64,000 nucleotides of DNA from an uncultured Candidatus Saccharibacteria bacterium. GTDB taxonomy: Bacteria; Patescibacteriota; Minisyncoccia; UBA6257; GWB1-50-10. Positions 50,255 through 59,508 of this stretch are shown here, piece after piece. Numbering within the stretch: the stretch's first letter is position 1; the number at the start of each line of letters is the position of its first letter. Position numbers and translations under genes: made by a program. The notes under the pieces are model-generated. The model ran no database searches, was not told where the DNA came from, and saw only the letters and a program-made list of their open reading frames with translations. The DNA lies in contig CAYHLH010000001.1 in NCBI GenBank assembly GCA_964357525.1, forward strand, positions 11,719 to 75,718. The letters run 5' to 3'.

Positions 50255-51656
50255 GAGGGGCGGGCAGTCCCTTCTCGACGTCCTCATCGGGCTCGCGCTC
50301 GTCACGATAGTGATCGCGTTCGGCATCATACTCGTCTTCGGGGGTCAGAACGTGCTCACCGACCGCGAATCCTCTCTCGAGGCGCAATCCCTCGCCGCGG
50401 AGGGCATAGACGGCGCGCGGGAAGTGCTGCACCGCGAATGGGACGAGATCCCGGACGGGACGTACGGACTCGTGTTCGCGAGCGGCACGTGGGCTTTTTC
50501 CGGGACCGAGGACGTTTCCGGGGCGTATCGGCGCAAGATCGCCGTCGCAACCGCGGGCGAGGACGAGCGCGAGGTGAAAAGCGAGGTCACGTGGCAAACG
50601 GAGAACCTGCGGATGCTCGAAGTGGAATACGTGACGAAGGTGACGAATTGGAGGACCGTGCTCCACACCGGCGGGGACACGGGCGGAGGGGGACCTTCCG
50701 GAAACTGGCAAAACCCCCAGTCGCTCGGCTCCGCCGACGTCGGCTCGGGGAACCAGGCGACCGACATCGACGTCGTGGACAAGATCGTCTACATCTCCAC
50801 GGCGGCATCTTCCAAAAGCAAGCCCGACATTCACGCCTTTGACGTACTGAATCCCGCTATGCCCATCCTCATGGACAACATCGAAGTGAACGCCTACGCC
50901 GTGGAAAGCATCGACTGGAACGGCAACTACGTCTATGGCGCCTCTACGGGCGTCATCCCCGACCTGAAAATCGTTGAAGCCGCAAATCCGAACAATCTTC
51001 TCTTTACCGGGGAATACAACGTGATTACCTTCGTGAACGCCTTGAGCGTCTTCAAGGACAACCAAACGGTGTACCTCGGAACGCAGAAAACCTCATGGAA
51101 CGGCGAGTTGTTCTCCATTGACGCGTCAAACCCTGGAAATCCGTCACAGCTTGACGTCTACGAGGCGAACGCCGACGCAAATGACATTTTTGTGAAAGAC
51201 GATCTTCTTTACCTGCCGACCTCAAACGACAATAAGGAACTCATCGTGCTTGACGTGTCAAATCCGAGCAACCTGACCGAGGTTGGTTTTCTAAATCTGA
51301 GCGGCGGCGTCGACGCGAAATCCATCTTTGTGATGAGCCCTGACAGGGTGTTCGTCGGCGTAGGGAATTCTCTTTACGTCGTTGATGCCACAAATCCCGC
51401 CGCGATGACGGTCTTGGGCCAAATAGACGCGGGGGGCAGCGTGAACGACATTTACGCGGTGGGGTACATGGCGTTTCTCGCCACCTCAAATAGCAACAGC
51501 GAGTTTCAAGTGATCAACATCACGGACCCGCAGAATCCCGTCTTGTGGTCGTCGCTGAACTTCCCGCAGGTGGCCACCGGCGTCGACTACGAGGACAACG
51601 TCGTCTACGTGTCCGTGCGCTCCAACGACGGATTGCGCATTATCACCTCACAATGA
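50223..51656 (+). CDS. Pilin-like protein with C-terminal LVIVD-type beta repeats
   Basis: RRGG-QSLLD signal; repeated L.V.D.SNP..P motifs. Confidence 0.85.
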   Translation: MSILKEQSTGRRGGQSLLDVLIGLALVTIVIAFGIILVFGGQNVLTDRESSLEAQSLAAEGIDGAREVLHREWDEIPDGTYGLVFASGTWAFSGTEDVSGAYRRKIAVATAGEDEREVKSEVTWQTENLRMLEVEYVTKVTNWRTVLHTGGDTGGGGPSGNWQNPQSLGSADVGSGNQATDIDVVDKIVYISTAASSKSKPDIHAFDVLNPAMPILMDNIEVNAYAVESIDWNGNYVYGASTGVIPDLKIVEAANPNNLLFTGEYNVITFVNALSVFKDNQTVYLGTQKTSWNGELFSIDASNPGNPSQLDVYEANADANDIFVKDDLLYLPTSNDNKELIVLDVSNPSNLTEVGFLNLSGGVDAKSIFVMSPDRVFVGVGNSLYVVDATNPAAMTVLGQIDAGGSVNDIYAVGYMAFLATSNSNSEFQVINITDPQNPVLWSSLNFPQVATGVDYEDNVVYVSVRSNDGLRIITSQ

Positions 51657-52171
51657 ATCCCGCACACACACGCCGGAAAGGTTCAACCCTCATAGAGATC
51701 TTGATCTACTCGCTCCTCCTCGCGCTCTTCATCAGCGCGGCATTCATCTTCCTCGGCGGCGTTCTCAGTTCGTCGAACACCGCGACGGAACGGAACGAGG
51801 TCGTGGCGGGAAAGGAGTTCATCGAGCGGAAATTCGCCTGGGTATTCGGAAGATCGGGCGGCATCCTCTCCCCGGCGCTCGGCTACCCCGCCCCTTCGCT
51901 TTGGGTCTCGGGCGACGACGCGAACGTGTACCCCGCCTCGTTCACGGTGAGCGGCGAGGAACTCTACCTTTCCATGCGCGATACCGGCGGCGAAGGGCTC
52001 CTGGGGGAGAAATTCCCGCTCACCAACGACCGCGTGAAGGTCATCGGCTTCACCGCGGCCAGATTTCCGTCTTCCCAGTCGGCCGGATTCCTCCGCGTGA
52101 ACGTCACGCTCCAAAGCGCGATCTACCCCACTATCGTAGCCACGTCGACCCGCTTCTATTCAATACGCTGA
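51653..52171 (+). CDS. Minor pilin
   Basis: RKG-STLIE signal peptide. Confidence 0.85.
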   Translation: MNPAHTRRKGSTLIEILIYSLLLALFISAAFIFLGGVLSSSNTATERNEVVAGKEFIERKFAWVFGRSGGILSPALGYPAPSLWVSGDDANVYPASFTVSGEELYLSMRDTGGEGLLGEKFPLTNDRVKVIGFTAARFPSSQSAGFLRVNVTLQSAIYPTIVATSTRFYSIR

Positions 52172-52172
52172 C

Positions 52173-52556
52173 ATGAACACCCGAGGAGGCTACATCGCCG
52201 TCATCTCCGCCGTGATCATCACCGCCGTCGTCATCACGGTCTCCTTCATGCTTTCGAACAGCAATTACCTCGGGCGGTTCGACACGTTCGTTTCGGAAAT
52301 GAGGGAGGCGGCGCGGAACTCCGCGCGCGGGTGCCTCGAGCACGCGCGGTTGAAGCTCGCGGACGACCCCTCATACTCGGGGAACGAGACTGTGGCGATG
52401 GGAAGCTCCACCTGCTCCATACTCACCATAGAGGTGCAGGGGGACGAGAAGATCATCAGAGTATGGGCGCAAATATCGCGGGAACGGGCAAATCTCCGCC
52501 TCAGGGTGGACGAGGACCTCGAAACGGTCTCCTTAGAGGATGTGGAAAACTTCTGA
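52173..52556 (+). CDS. PilX/GspK-like minor pilin
   Basis: RGG-YIAV signal without E5; A.GCLE.A.L.L. Confidence 0.75.
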   Translation: MNTRGGYIAVISAVIITAVVITVSFMLSNSNYLGRFDTFVSEMREAARNSARGCLEHARLKLADDPSYSGNETVAMGSSTCSILTIEVQGDEKIIRVWAQISRERANLRLRVDEDLETVSLEDVENF

Positions 52557-52622
52557 ATCCGGCGCGGGGCGCTGTGATATACTGAATCCATCAAGGTCGA
52601 AAGCATACTATACTATAAAGCC

Positions 52623-53069
52623 ATGTTGAAACATCTTATGCGAAGGAAAGGGGGATTCACGCTCATCGAGCTCCTCGTGGTCATCGGCATCATCGCGGTC
52701 TTGGCGGGTATCGTCATCATCGCCTTGAACCCCGCGCGGCAGTTCGCGCAGGCGCGCAACACCCAGCGGTGGAGCAACGTCCAGGCGATATTGAATGGGG
52801 TCGGCCAGCGAACTGCTGACAACAAGGGCATCTTCGAGACAAACTGCGCGGCGGGGGTGATCCCCACGTCGACGACCGTCATCGGCTCCTCATTCTACAA
52901 CCTCGAGCCCTGCATCATCCCGACCTACATCTCCCAGATGCCGGTCGACCCCGTGAACGGGACCTCCACGAACACCGGCTACAGCATCGCGCGGGACGCG
53001 ACGACGGGAAGGATAACGGTTTACGCGCCCGGCGCGGAGCTGAACGACGTCATCTCCATTTCCCGGTAA
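52623..53069 (+). CDS. Type IV (major) pilin
   Basis: KGG-FTLIELLVVIGIIAVLA; ARNTQR; P.DP. Confidence 0.92.
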   Translation: MLKHLMRRKGGFTLIELLVVIGIIAVLAGIVIIALNPARQFAQARNTQRWSNVQAILNGVGQRTADNKGIFETNCAAGVIPTSTTVIGSSFYNLEPCIIPTYISQMPVDPVNGTSTNTGYSIARDATTGRITVYAPGAELNDVISISR

Positions 53070-53081
53070 TCCGGTCCAAGA

Positions 53082-53120
53082 AAACCAAAAACCCTCCGCC
53101 GAGCGGAGGGTTTTTGGTTG
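53082..53120. terminator. Bidirectional intrinsic terminator
   Basis: AACCAAAAACCCTCCGC-CGA-GCGGAGGGTTTTTGGTT. Confidence 0.8.
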
Positions 53121-53130
53121 AACGGCAACT

Positions 53131-53364
53131 TTATTGAATCACGGGGCCTCCCGCCGCGGGAACGCCACATGCCTTGCAGTTCTTCTTGTGCGTCACGAGC
53201 TCATAGATCGCCGCAAGACCGACGAGGACGTAGATGACGCGCGAAATGAGCGCGGACATCCCGCCGAAGAGCATCCCTATCTCCCAGCTGAAGAGGGCGA
53301 GGAGGAGCCAGTTCAAACCTCCAACTATGAGGAGGATGAACGAGATTATGTGCAAACCTTTCAT
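53131..53364 (-). CDS. DUF378 small membrane protein
   Basis: LLIVGGLNW...SRVIYVLVGLAA. Confidence 0.88.
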   Translation of the reverse strand: MKGLHIISFILLIVGGLNWLLLALFSWEIGMLFGGMSALISRVIYVLVGLAAIYELVTHKKNCKACGVPAAGGPVIQ

Positions 53365-53460
53365 GGTATGAATATTGAATATCACCGAGCGACCTTTCTC
53401 CTATACATAATCATTCTAACAAATGGCGCCTACGGGAATTATGGGCTATGATGCAGTTCA

Positions 53461-54732
53461 ATGACAAACCCAGGAAAAGGCTTCCACGGCTTAGGCATTG
53501 CCCCCGGAATCCTCGATATCCTCTCGAAAATGAAGATCACAACCCCCACGCCCATTCAGGAGCGCTCGATTCCGATCGCGATGGAGAAAAACGACATGAT
53601 GGGCATCGCGCAGACCGGAACGGGAAAGACCCTCGCATTCGGAATTCCCCTCGTCCAGCACGCGCTCCAGGGAGCGTCTCTCGCGCTCGTCGTCGTGCCG
53701 ACGCGGGAACTCGCGCTTCAGGTCGGCGAAACGCTCTTCAAGCTCGGCGCGAAGCTCAACATCCGCACGGCGACCCTAATCGGCGGCGAGCCGATATGGC
53801 GGCAGACGAAGGACCTCGCGCGCGCTCCGCACATCGTCGTCGGCACCCCCGGGCGCATCATAGACCACATGGAACAGAAGCATATCTCGTTCGGGAAGCT
53901 GGACGCGCTCGTCCTGGACGAGGCCGACCGGATGCTCGACATGGGATTCGCCCCACAGCTTAAGCGCATACTTTCCTCGCTCCCCAAGAGGAGGCAGACG
54001 ATGTTCTTCTCCGCGACGATGCCCCAGGAGATCGTGAAGCTCGCGAAGGAATACCTGAAACTTCCCGTGCGCGTCGAGATCGCGCGGTCCGGCACGACGG
54101 CGGAAAACGTGACGCATGAGATGTTCTTCGTGGCACAGGAGGAGAAATCCCGCCTCTTGGAAAAAATCCTCTACGACTACAAGGGCTCCGTCCTCGTGTT
54201 CTGCAAGATGAAGCACGGCGCGAAGCGCATCGTGACGCAAGTCCGTTCGCTGGGGCACGCAGCCGCGGAGATTCACTCTAACCGCACCTTGAACCAGCGC
54301 AGGGAGGCGCTCGAAGGATTCAAGGCGGGACGCTACCGCGTACTTGTGGCGACCGACGTCGCCTCACGCGGAATAGACGTTACGAACATAGAACTCATAG
54401 TGAACTATGACCTCCCCTCTTCCGCCGAGGACTACGTGCACCGCATCGGGCGTACGGGTCGCGCCGGCAGGAGCGGGCATGCTATTTCTTTCGCGCGGCC
54501 CAACGAGCGCGGAGACATACGGGCAATAGAACGTCTCATCCGAATCACTCTACCGGTCTCGCGCCTTCCGGAGCTTCCACCAACTAGAGCAATAAAAACA
54601 AGCGAGCGCGCGGAACGCGCAATGAGGGGACGCCCTCCTCGGCGGGACACAAGGCCTGCGGGGCGGACTTCCCGCGCACGTTTCGGAGGCCCCTCGCGCG
54701 GACCCCGGAATTTCACTCGGCGGAGGCGGTGA
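53461..54732 (+). CDS. DEAD-box RNA helicase (RhlE-like)
   Basis: AQTGTGKT, PTRELA, DEAD, SAT, HRIGRTGR. Confidence 0.97.
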   Translation: MTNPGKGFHGLGIAPGILDILSKMKITTPTPIQERSIPIAMEKNDMMGIAQTGTGKTLAFGIPLVQHALQGASLALVVVPTRELALQVGETLFKLGAKLNIRTATLIGGEPIWRQTKDLARAPHIVVGTPGRIIDHMEQKHISFGKLDALVLDEADRMLDMGFAPQLKRILSSLPKRRQTMFFSATMPQEIVKLAKEYLKLPVRVEIARSGTTAENVTHEMFFVAQEEKSRLLEKILYDYKGSVLVFCKMKHGAKRIVTQVRSLGHAAAEIHSNRTLNQRREALEGFKAGRYRVLVATDVASRGIDVTNIELIVNYDLPSSAEDYVHRIGRTGRAGRSGHAISFARPNERGDIRAIERLIRITLPVSRLPELPPTRAIKTSERAERAMRGRPPRRDTRPAGRTSRARFGGPSRGPRNFTRRRR

Positions 54733-55693
54733 GCTTCGCGGCTTTGATGCCGTTGAGAATCCCCTCCACCTGTGCGATGCTGTCCGCGTCGTAGATGGAT
54801 ACCGCGATTGCATTCTTATCTATCTTTTTCAATACCTTCAACTTTTCTTTGAGGACTCCCGCGCTTACCGCGTCGGATTTCGTGAGAAAGAGGTGTTCGG
54901 GCTTTTCCAAAAGCCCTTTTTTATAATTCCCGAGTTCCGCGCGTATGACGCGGTAATCCTCCTTGGGATCCTCGGACTCGGCGGAAATGAAGTGGAAAAG
55001 GATGCCTGTCCGCTCGATATGGCGCAGAAACTTGATGCCGAGGCCCTTTCCTCCCGAGGAACCCTCGATGAGCCCCGGAATGTCGGCGAGAATGAGCTCG
55101 TAGTACGCGCCGAGATTCGGATCGAGGGTGGTGAAGGGGTAGTTCGCGACCCTCGCCTTTGCGTTCGTAAGCTCGTTCAGCAGGCTGGATTTCCCGACGT
55201 TCGGAAGCCCCACGAACCCGACGTCCGCGATGAGCTTGAGCTCGAGCCGGAGCTCAAAGCTCTCGCCCGGAGTTCCCGGCTCGGATTCCTTGGGCGAGGT
55301 GTTCACGGGCGAGCGGAAATGGAAATTCCCCCTGCCTCCCCTGCCGCCCTTCGCGAGAAGCGCGCGCTCGCCGCCGCGCGAAATCTCCGTGTCAGTGCCG
55401 TTCGTGAGGTTGTGGATGACCGTGCCTACTGGAAGTTTCAGCACGAGGTCTTTTCCGTCGTACCCGTCGCGGAACTGGCTTCTTCCGTCAAGGCCGTTTT
55501 CCGCGGCGAGGACCTTCTTGAAGCGGAACGTTCCCAGGGCGCCGATATCCGACGTCCCCTCCCCGTACACGCTCCCTCCCCTTCCGCCGGAGGCGCCCGC
55601 GGGCCCCAAACTCATCAGATTCTTGTTGAACGCCACGGCGCCCTTCCCGCCGTTGCCCGCGGATATCCTTATGGTGACGTCGTCAATAAGCAT
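54713..55693 (-). CDS. obg: GTPase Obg/CgtA
   Basis: Gly-rich Obg fold; LELKLIADVG, NYPFTT, DIPGLIEG. Confidence 0.95.
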   Translation of the reverse strand: MLIDDVTIRISAGNGGKGAVAFNKNLMSLGPAGASGGRGGSVYGEGTSDIGALGTFRFKKVLAAENGLDGRSQFRDGYDGKDLVLKLPVGTVIHNLTNGTDTEISRGGERALLAKGGRGGRGNFHFRSPVNTSPKESEPGTPGESFELRLELKLIADVGFVGLPNVGKSSLLNELTNAKARVANYPFTTLDPNLGAYYELILADIPGLIEGSSGGKGLGIKFLRHIERTGILFHFISAESEDPKEDYRVIRAELGNYKKGLLEKPEHLFLTKSDAVSAGVLKEKLKVLKKIDKNAIAVSIYDADSIAQVEGILNGIKAAKLTASAE

Positions 55694-55742
55694 TTACTCA
55701 TCGTAACATGCTTCCCTATCGGCGCTAGAAACCGGCAAACGG

Positions 55743-55907
55743 CTATATCTGTATGATGCCGAGGAGGTGATAGACGAGCATCGCAGGCCAGACGATGGCC
55801 TTCAGGACGCCGAAAAGCGCGGCGGGAAAACTCGTGGCGTTCTGGATGTAATAGACGACCGCCCCGACAAAGCCCAGACCGTATATCGCGCCGGAATCCT
55901 TGTTCAT
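55743..55907 (-). CDS. 54-aa small membrane protein (below the ORF-track cutoff)
   Basis: MNKDSGAIYGLGFVGAVVYYIQNATSFPAALFGVLKAIVWPAMLVYHLLGIIQI; host codon usage; fills the gap between genes. Confidence 0.75.
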   Translation of the reverse strand: MNKDSGAIYGLGFVGAVVYYIQNATSFPAALFGVLKAIVWPAMLVYHLLGIIQI

Positions 55908-55916
55908 GTTTCAATT

Positions 55917-56609
55917 CTACAACTTTCTCACCCTCTCGGGGAAATTGGAAATGACCCCGTCTACGCCCATATCCTCCACCGCGCGGATGTCCTCCGGCTC
56001 GTTCACCGTCCACGGGAACACCTTGAATCCCTCATAGTGCGCCTTTTCGACGAACGTGCGGTCTATCAGCTTGAACTGGGGATTCACGGAATAGGCATTT
56101 ATCTTCTTCGCGAACGAGAGCGCCTCAGCGAGGTCGGTCTTCGTAAGCACGCCGAGCCGCATACCGGGATCCATCTTCCTGACACTTTCCAATTCCCCAA
56201 ATATGAATGACGTGATGAGAATGTCTTCCCGCGGGGATTTCCAGAATTTTCGGAGATATTCCAGAACCTCCTTGCCTGTCACCTCCTGCTTAATCTCGAT
56301 GTTGAGCTTTATCTTCCCGTCGGCGAATACCAAGAGTTCGTCCAGGGTCGGGATGTGTTCTCCCTTCCCCGCGTCAAGTTCCTTGAGTTCTGCAAGCGTC
56401 TTTTCGGTAACCTTGCCCGTGCCGTTCGTAACGATACTCAAGTCCTCGTAGTGCGTAATGACTATCTCGCCCGATTTGCACCGCCACACATCGGTTTCTA
56501 TCATGTCGGCGCCGTCCGCGAGCGCCGTCCGGAACGACGCCATGGTGTTCTCCGGGGCTTCCCCGGCGGCGCCGCGATGTCCTATCTCCCACACACTGCG
56601 ATGAGGCAT
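55917..56609 (-). CDS. Glycerophosphodiester phosphodiesterase
   Basis: GHRGA..PENT, IETDV, NIEIK, WTVN. Confidence 0.95.
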   Translation of the reverse strand: MPHRSVWEIGHRGAAGEAPENTMASFRTALADGADMIETDVWRCKSGEIVITHYEDLSIVTNGTGKVTEKTLAELKELDAGKGEHIPTLDELLVFADGKIKLNIEIKQEVTGKEVLEYLRKFWKSPREDILITSFIFGELESVRKMDPGMRLGVLTKTDLAEALSFAKKINAYSVNPQFKLIDRTFVEKAHYEGFKVFPWTVNEPEDIRAVEDMGVDGVISNFPERVRKL

Positions 56610-56648
56610 ATAGATCAGTATAGGGAACGTGTTGAAACCGAATTAAAA

Positions 56649-57179
56649 CTAAGATTTCTTGGTTTTCAGATATTCTCCCCTGCTCATAAGGCTTTTTGTG
56701 TCCGTGAGCCTATCAAGAAATATCTTGCCATCCAAGTGATCCGACTCATGCTGAATTATCCGTGCGAGCAATCCTTTTGCTTGAAGTTTGAATTTCTTGC
56801 CGTTTTCATCATAGGCCTCAACGGCAACCTCGTAAGACCTCATTACCTTTCCGAAAAGCCCGGATGAAGCCACACTTCCACATCCTTCGTACGCCGATAC
56901 TTGGCGTTTCGAATATTTTTTTATCTTTGGGTTTATAAAAACTCTCACTTTATCGGTTTCATTCGTTTTTCGTAATTTTGTTTTTCTTATTTCCGTCACA
57001 AATATTCTCAGATTTACTCCAATTTGCGGCGCGGCCATCCCCACAAGGTTATGATGCCTCATCGAGTCAATGAGATTCTTAATCGTGTTTTTTGTGGTCT
57101 TTAAACCGAAAGAAACTACGGCTTTTGATTTCTTTCTTATTACGGGATTCCCAACCTGCGTGGAGATTTTAACAACCAT
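56649..57179 (-). CDS. def: Peptide deformylase (AT-rich)
   Basis: GMAAPQIG, EGCGS, QHESDHLDG. Confidence 0.93.
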   Translation of the reverse strand: MVVKISTQVGNPVIRKKSKAVVSFGLKTTKNTIKNLIDSMRHHNLVGMAAPQIGVNLRIFVTEIRKTKLRKTNETDKVRVFINPKIKKYSKRQVSAYEGCGSVASSGLFGKVMRSYEVAVEAYDENGKKFKLQAKGLLARIIQHESDHLDGKIFLDRLTDTKSLMSRGEYLKTKKS

Positions 57180-57244
57180 ATGATGAGTATACCAAAATTT
57201 TAATGGTTAAAATTCCGGGTTCCGGCTGGGCGGTTTGGGAGGGA

Positions 57245-57808
57245 TTAAAATTTTTTCCGCAAATAATCGGAAAATTGTCTCCAATTACCTATGTTATCTC
57301 CCCAAAATTGGAGCATGTCTTTTTGGGACATTTCCGAGGTGGTTATCTTATACCCGTCCGGTATGAATACCGAGTTCAACGGGGTGTATCTTTTCCTCCG
57401 CGGTTTCATCGTAATTTTTCCCTCTGTCGAATTGCAAAAAAGTTTCGGTTTTTTACCCGGCTCGCAATACGCCAAGCAATCCTTGAAGACCACAGAACGA
57501 TCTTTCTTCCCCTTCATCAAATTTACGTAGTCCTCCGCCCTAAACCAATGATTGACATATTTCACGAACGGTCCGGGGAAACCATTCAGGGCTTTGATAC
57601 ACGCTCCTGCATCGGTTACAAATACAGGCGCTTTGAATTTTTTGCTCGCCCATTCCACGGAAAATGACGCGATATCCTCCACATTCATACTTTGAATTTC
57701 CGGTGGCGCGATATCCTTTTGAATCAGTTTTATATTCAAGCCGGCAAAAGCTTTTTTTGCAATCGCAAATTTTTGCTTATTCCCCGTCAGAAAAATCAGT
57801 TTTTTCAT
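57245..57808 (-). CDS. Ham1/ITPase-family non-canonical NTP pyrophosphatase
   Basis: TGNKQK, EIQS, ALNGFPGPFVK, VFIP.G; C-terminal SHR motif not conserved. Confidence 0.85.
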   Translation of the reverse strand: MKKLIFLTGNKQKFAIAKKAFAGLNIKLIQKDIAPPEIQSMNVEDIASFSVEWASKKFKAPVFVTDAGACIKALNGFPGPFVKYVNHWFRAEDYVNLMKGKKDRSVVFKDCLAYCEPGKKPKLFCNSTEGKITMKPRRKRYTPLNSVFIPDGYKITTSEMSQKDMLQFWGDNIGNWRQFSDYLRKKF

Positions 57809-58141
57809 ATAAGACCATTAAAGCACTATTTGGGGCGTTTTAGGAGGGCGAGCCGAAGGTACTGAGATTTGAAAATCGAAGTGCTGACGTATCCGGTTGT
57901 TATGAATTGAAAGAATTTTTACGATTTTTCTTGATTTGAAAAAATAATTCCAAAGCCATTTATGGGCAAGTAGAAGGCCGGTTATTAAAATAGTAAAAAA
58001 TATACTAATAACAAGATTTTCCACGAACCATTTTAATGCTGACAATATAAATTTATTTTCCATCGAATTAATTGCTATTTAACCACAATTTTGTTATTTT
58101 TTCAATTTTTAATTTTCGGACAGGGAATCTCATCCTTCGGT

Positions 58142-58411
58142 CTACTCAGGACTTTCAGCACCGCTCGTTTTTTTTATTAAAGAGAGTTTTTTGTCTCTGC
58201 GCCAGCCTTTGATTTCCTTTTCCCTGCGCCGTGCTTCTACAAGAGTTTTGAACTTCTCTGAATGTGCCAAAGCGACAGGCCGACGGATCTTCGTGTAATG
58301 AGCACCCCATTTTGAGTTGTTGTGCTGTTCTATTCTCCTTTTAAGATTATTCGTACAACCCACGTACAATGATTCGTCGTCGCACCGGAGAATATAAACA
58401 AAATACCCCAC
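58142..58411 (-). CDS. GIY-YIG nuclease (UPF0213-like)
   Basis: YFVYILRC.D.SLYVG.T..L.RR..QH..GAHYT...RE..IK; flanked by CATCCTTCG..CTCAGGA repeats. Confidence 0.92.
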   Translation of the reverse strand: MGYFVYILRCDDESLYVGCTNNLKRRIEQHNNSKWGAHYTKIRRPVALAHSEKFKTLVEARRREKEIKGWRRDKKLSLIKKTSGAESPE

Positions 58412-58549
58412 AGGGATATTTTATCACTTCGTCATCCTTCGTTTACACTCAGGATTCCTCAGTGCCTTCGTCTTTTCTATATTTAGTGGGTCGCAGACCC
58501 TGAGGAGCACAGGGTGCGACGAAGGGCTGCGGGACAGGGAATCGAATCT

Positions 58550-58654
58550 CTAGGTCTCTGACCGGGACCCCGGTCGCTTCGCGACCTAGGGGCCCCAATT
58601 TTTTGGTTTCCCTAGGTCTCTGACCGGGACCCCGGTCGCTCCGCGACCTAGGGG
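58550..58654. repeat. Two short copies of a 45-nt CCCTAGG-bounded palindromic element
   Basis: CCCTAGGTCTCTGACCGGGACCCCGGTCGCT(T/C)CGCGACCTAGGGG at 58550-58592 and 58610-58654. Confidence 0.9.
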
Positions 58655-58674
58655 CAGAGCCATGTGTCCTATCC

Positions 58675-59025
58675 CTAGGTAAATTTATGCCTTTTCCTGC
58701 TATCCAAAGCTGCGGGACTAGGAATCGAACCTAGATTCCATGGTTCAGAGCCATGTATCCTACCGTTAGATGATCCCGCAGCTTTGGATACCAATAACTT
58801 TTTAAGCTTACCGCCCCACGGGGTGTACTTCAACGCCCATTCCTTTTTACGAGCTTCAGATAATGATTTAAAGAATTCACTGTATACTAACCGCAAGGGG
58901 CGTCTGAATCTCGTACTTTTGACCTTGCCGCCATTGTGAGTAACAATCCTCTTCTCAAGATTCATACAGGTTCCTGTATAAAAATTTCCATCTTTTTCGC
59001 TTTTCAAAATATAAAGATACGGCAT
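58675..59025 (-). CDS. GIY-YIG nuclease whose 3' end reads through a tRNA
   Basis: YLYILKS...FYTG...R...HN.G.VKST..RRP...E..LK. Confidence 0.9.
   Translation of the reverse strand: MPYLYILKSEKDGNFYTGTCMNLEKRIVTHNGGKVKSTRFRRPLRLVYSEFFKSLSEARKKEWALKYTPWGGKLKKLLVSKAAGSSNGRIHGSEPWNLGSIPSPAALDSRKRHKFT
58710..58780 (-). tRNA. tRNA-Gln(CTG)
   Basis: TGCGGGA/TCCCGCA acceptor; CATGG-CTCTGAA-CCATG; CTAGG-TTCGATT-CCTAG. Confidence 0.92.
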
Positions 59026-59235
59026 AAATTTACCGGGACCCCGGTCGCTTCGCGACCTAGGGGCCGTTAGACGATCCCGCAATGGTTTACCTGCGGCAGA
59101 CAGGCATTTTTGATATTAGCGCACTCTATTTTTGAAAACAATCCCGACGTAAGGTCGATACTCCGACTGAAACGTCGGAGGAAATCAAAAAGCCGCTTCT
59201 AAAAGGAGCGGCTTTGAATTTTTACCGCGCTGCGG

Positions 59236-59508
59236 TCAGACAGCAAACAACCGTACTATCGGATACATCTCTTCTTTGGTGGCGCCTACCAGGGCCTTTC
59301 CGACGCAGAGTTTCCGCAGATCCTCCCCTTTCGCGGCCAAAGCGGCCGCGACCCAAAACGTCGAATCCAAGCTTATCGACCTCACCTCATTCAACAGATT
59401 TTTCCTCTCCTGCTCGCTTACGTCGCCGTATTGGAGCGTGTAAATGCACGCTTCTGCCTGTTCTATCTTCGCAAGACAGCCTACGCTTTTCATTGTCGCT
59501 CCTATCAT
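59236..59508 (-). CDS. Orphan protein (third of a three-gene unit)
   Basis: GGAGGTG SD; ATGA overlap with the previous gene. Confidence 0.55.
   Translation of the reverse strand: MIGATMKSVGCLAKIEQAEACIYTLQYGDVSEQERKNLLNEVRSISLDSTFWVAAALAAKGEDLRKLCVGKALVGATKEEMYPIVRLFAV

Larger units (their letters stand above)
58673..59063 (-). mobile_element. Expanded copy of the CCCTAGG element containing a GIY-YIG gene and tRNA-Gln
   Basis: Same ends as the short copies; inner inverted repeat GGTAAATTTATGCC/GGCATAAATTTACC brackets the cargo. Confidence 0.75.
58526..59081 (-). pseudogene. tRNA-Gln fragmented into four pieces
   Basis: Pieces at 59064-59081, 58655-58671, 58593-58609 and 58526-58546 are collinear with the intact tRNA-Gln. 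Confidence 0.8.

Noticed and set aside
47497-53069. Type IV pilus cluster as a novel system
   Set aside because: Ordinary pilB-pilC-pilin organisation, expected in this kind of genome
58550-58680. Repeat-spacer-repeat pattern resembling a CRISPR array
   Set aside because: Only 2-3 repeats, 17-nt spacers that are consecutive pieces of tRNA-Gln, and no cas genes
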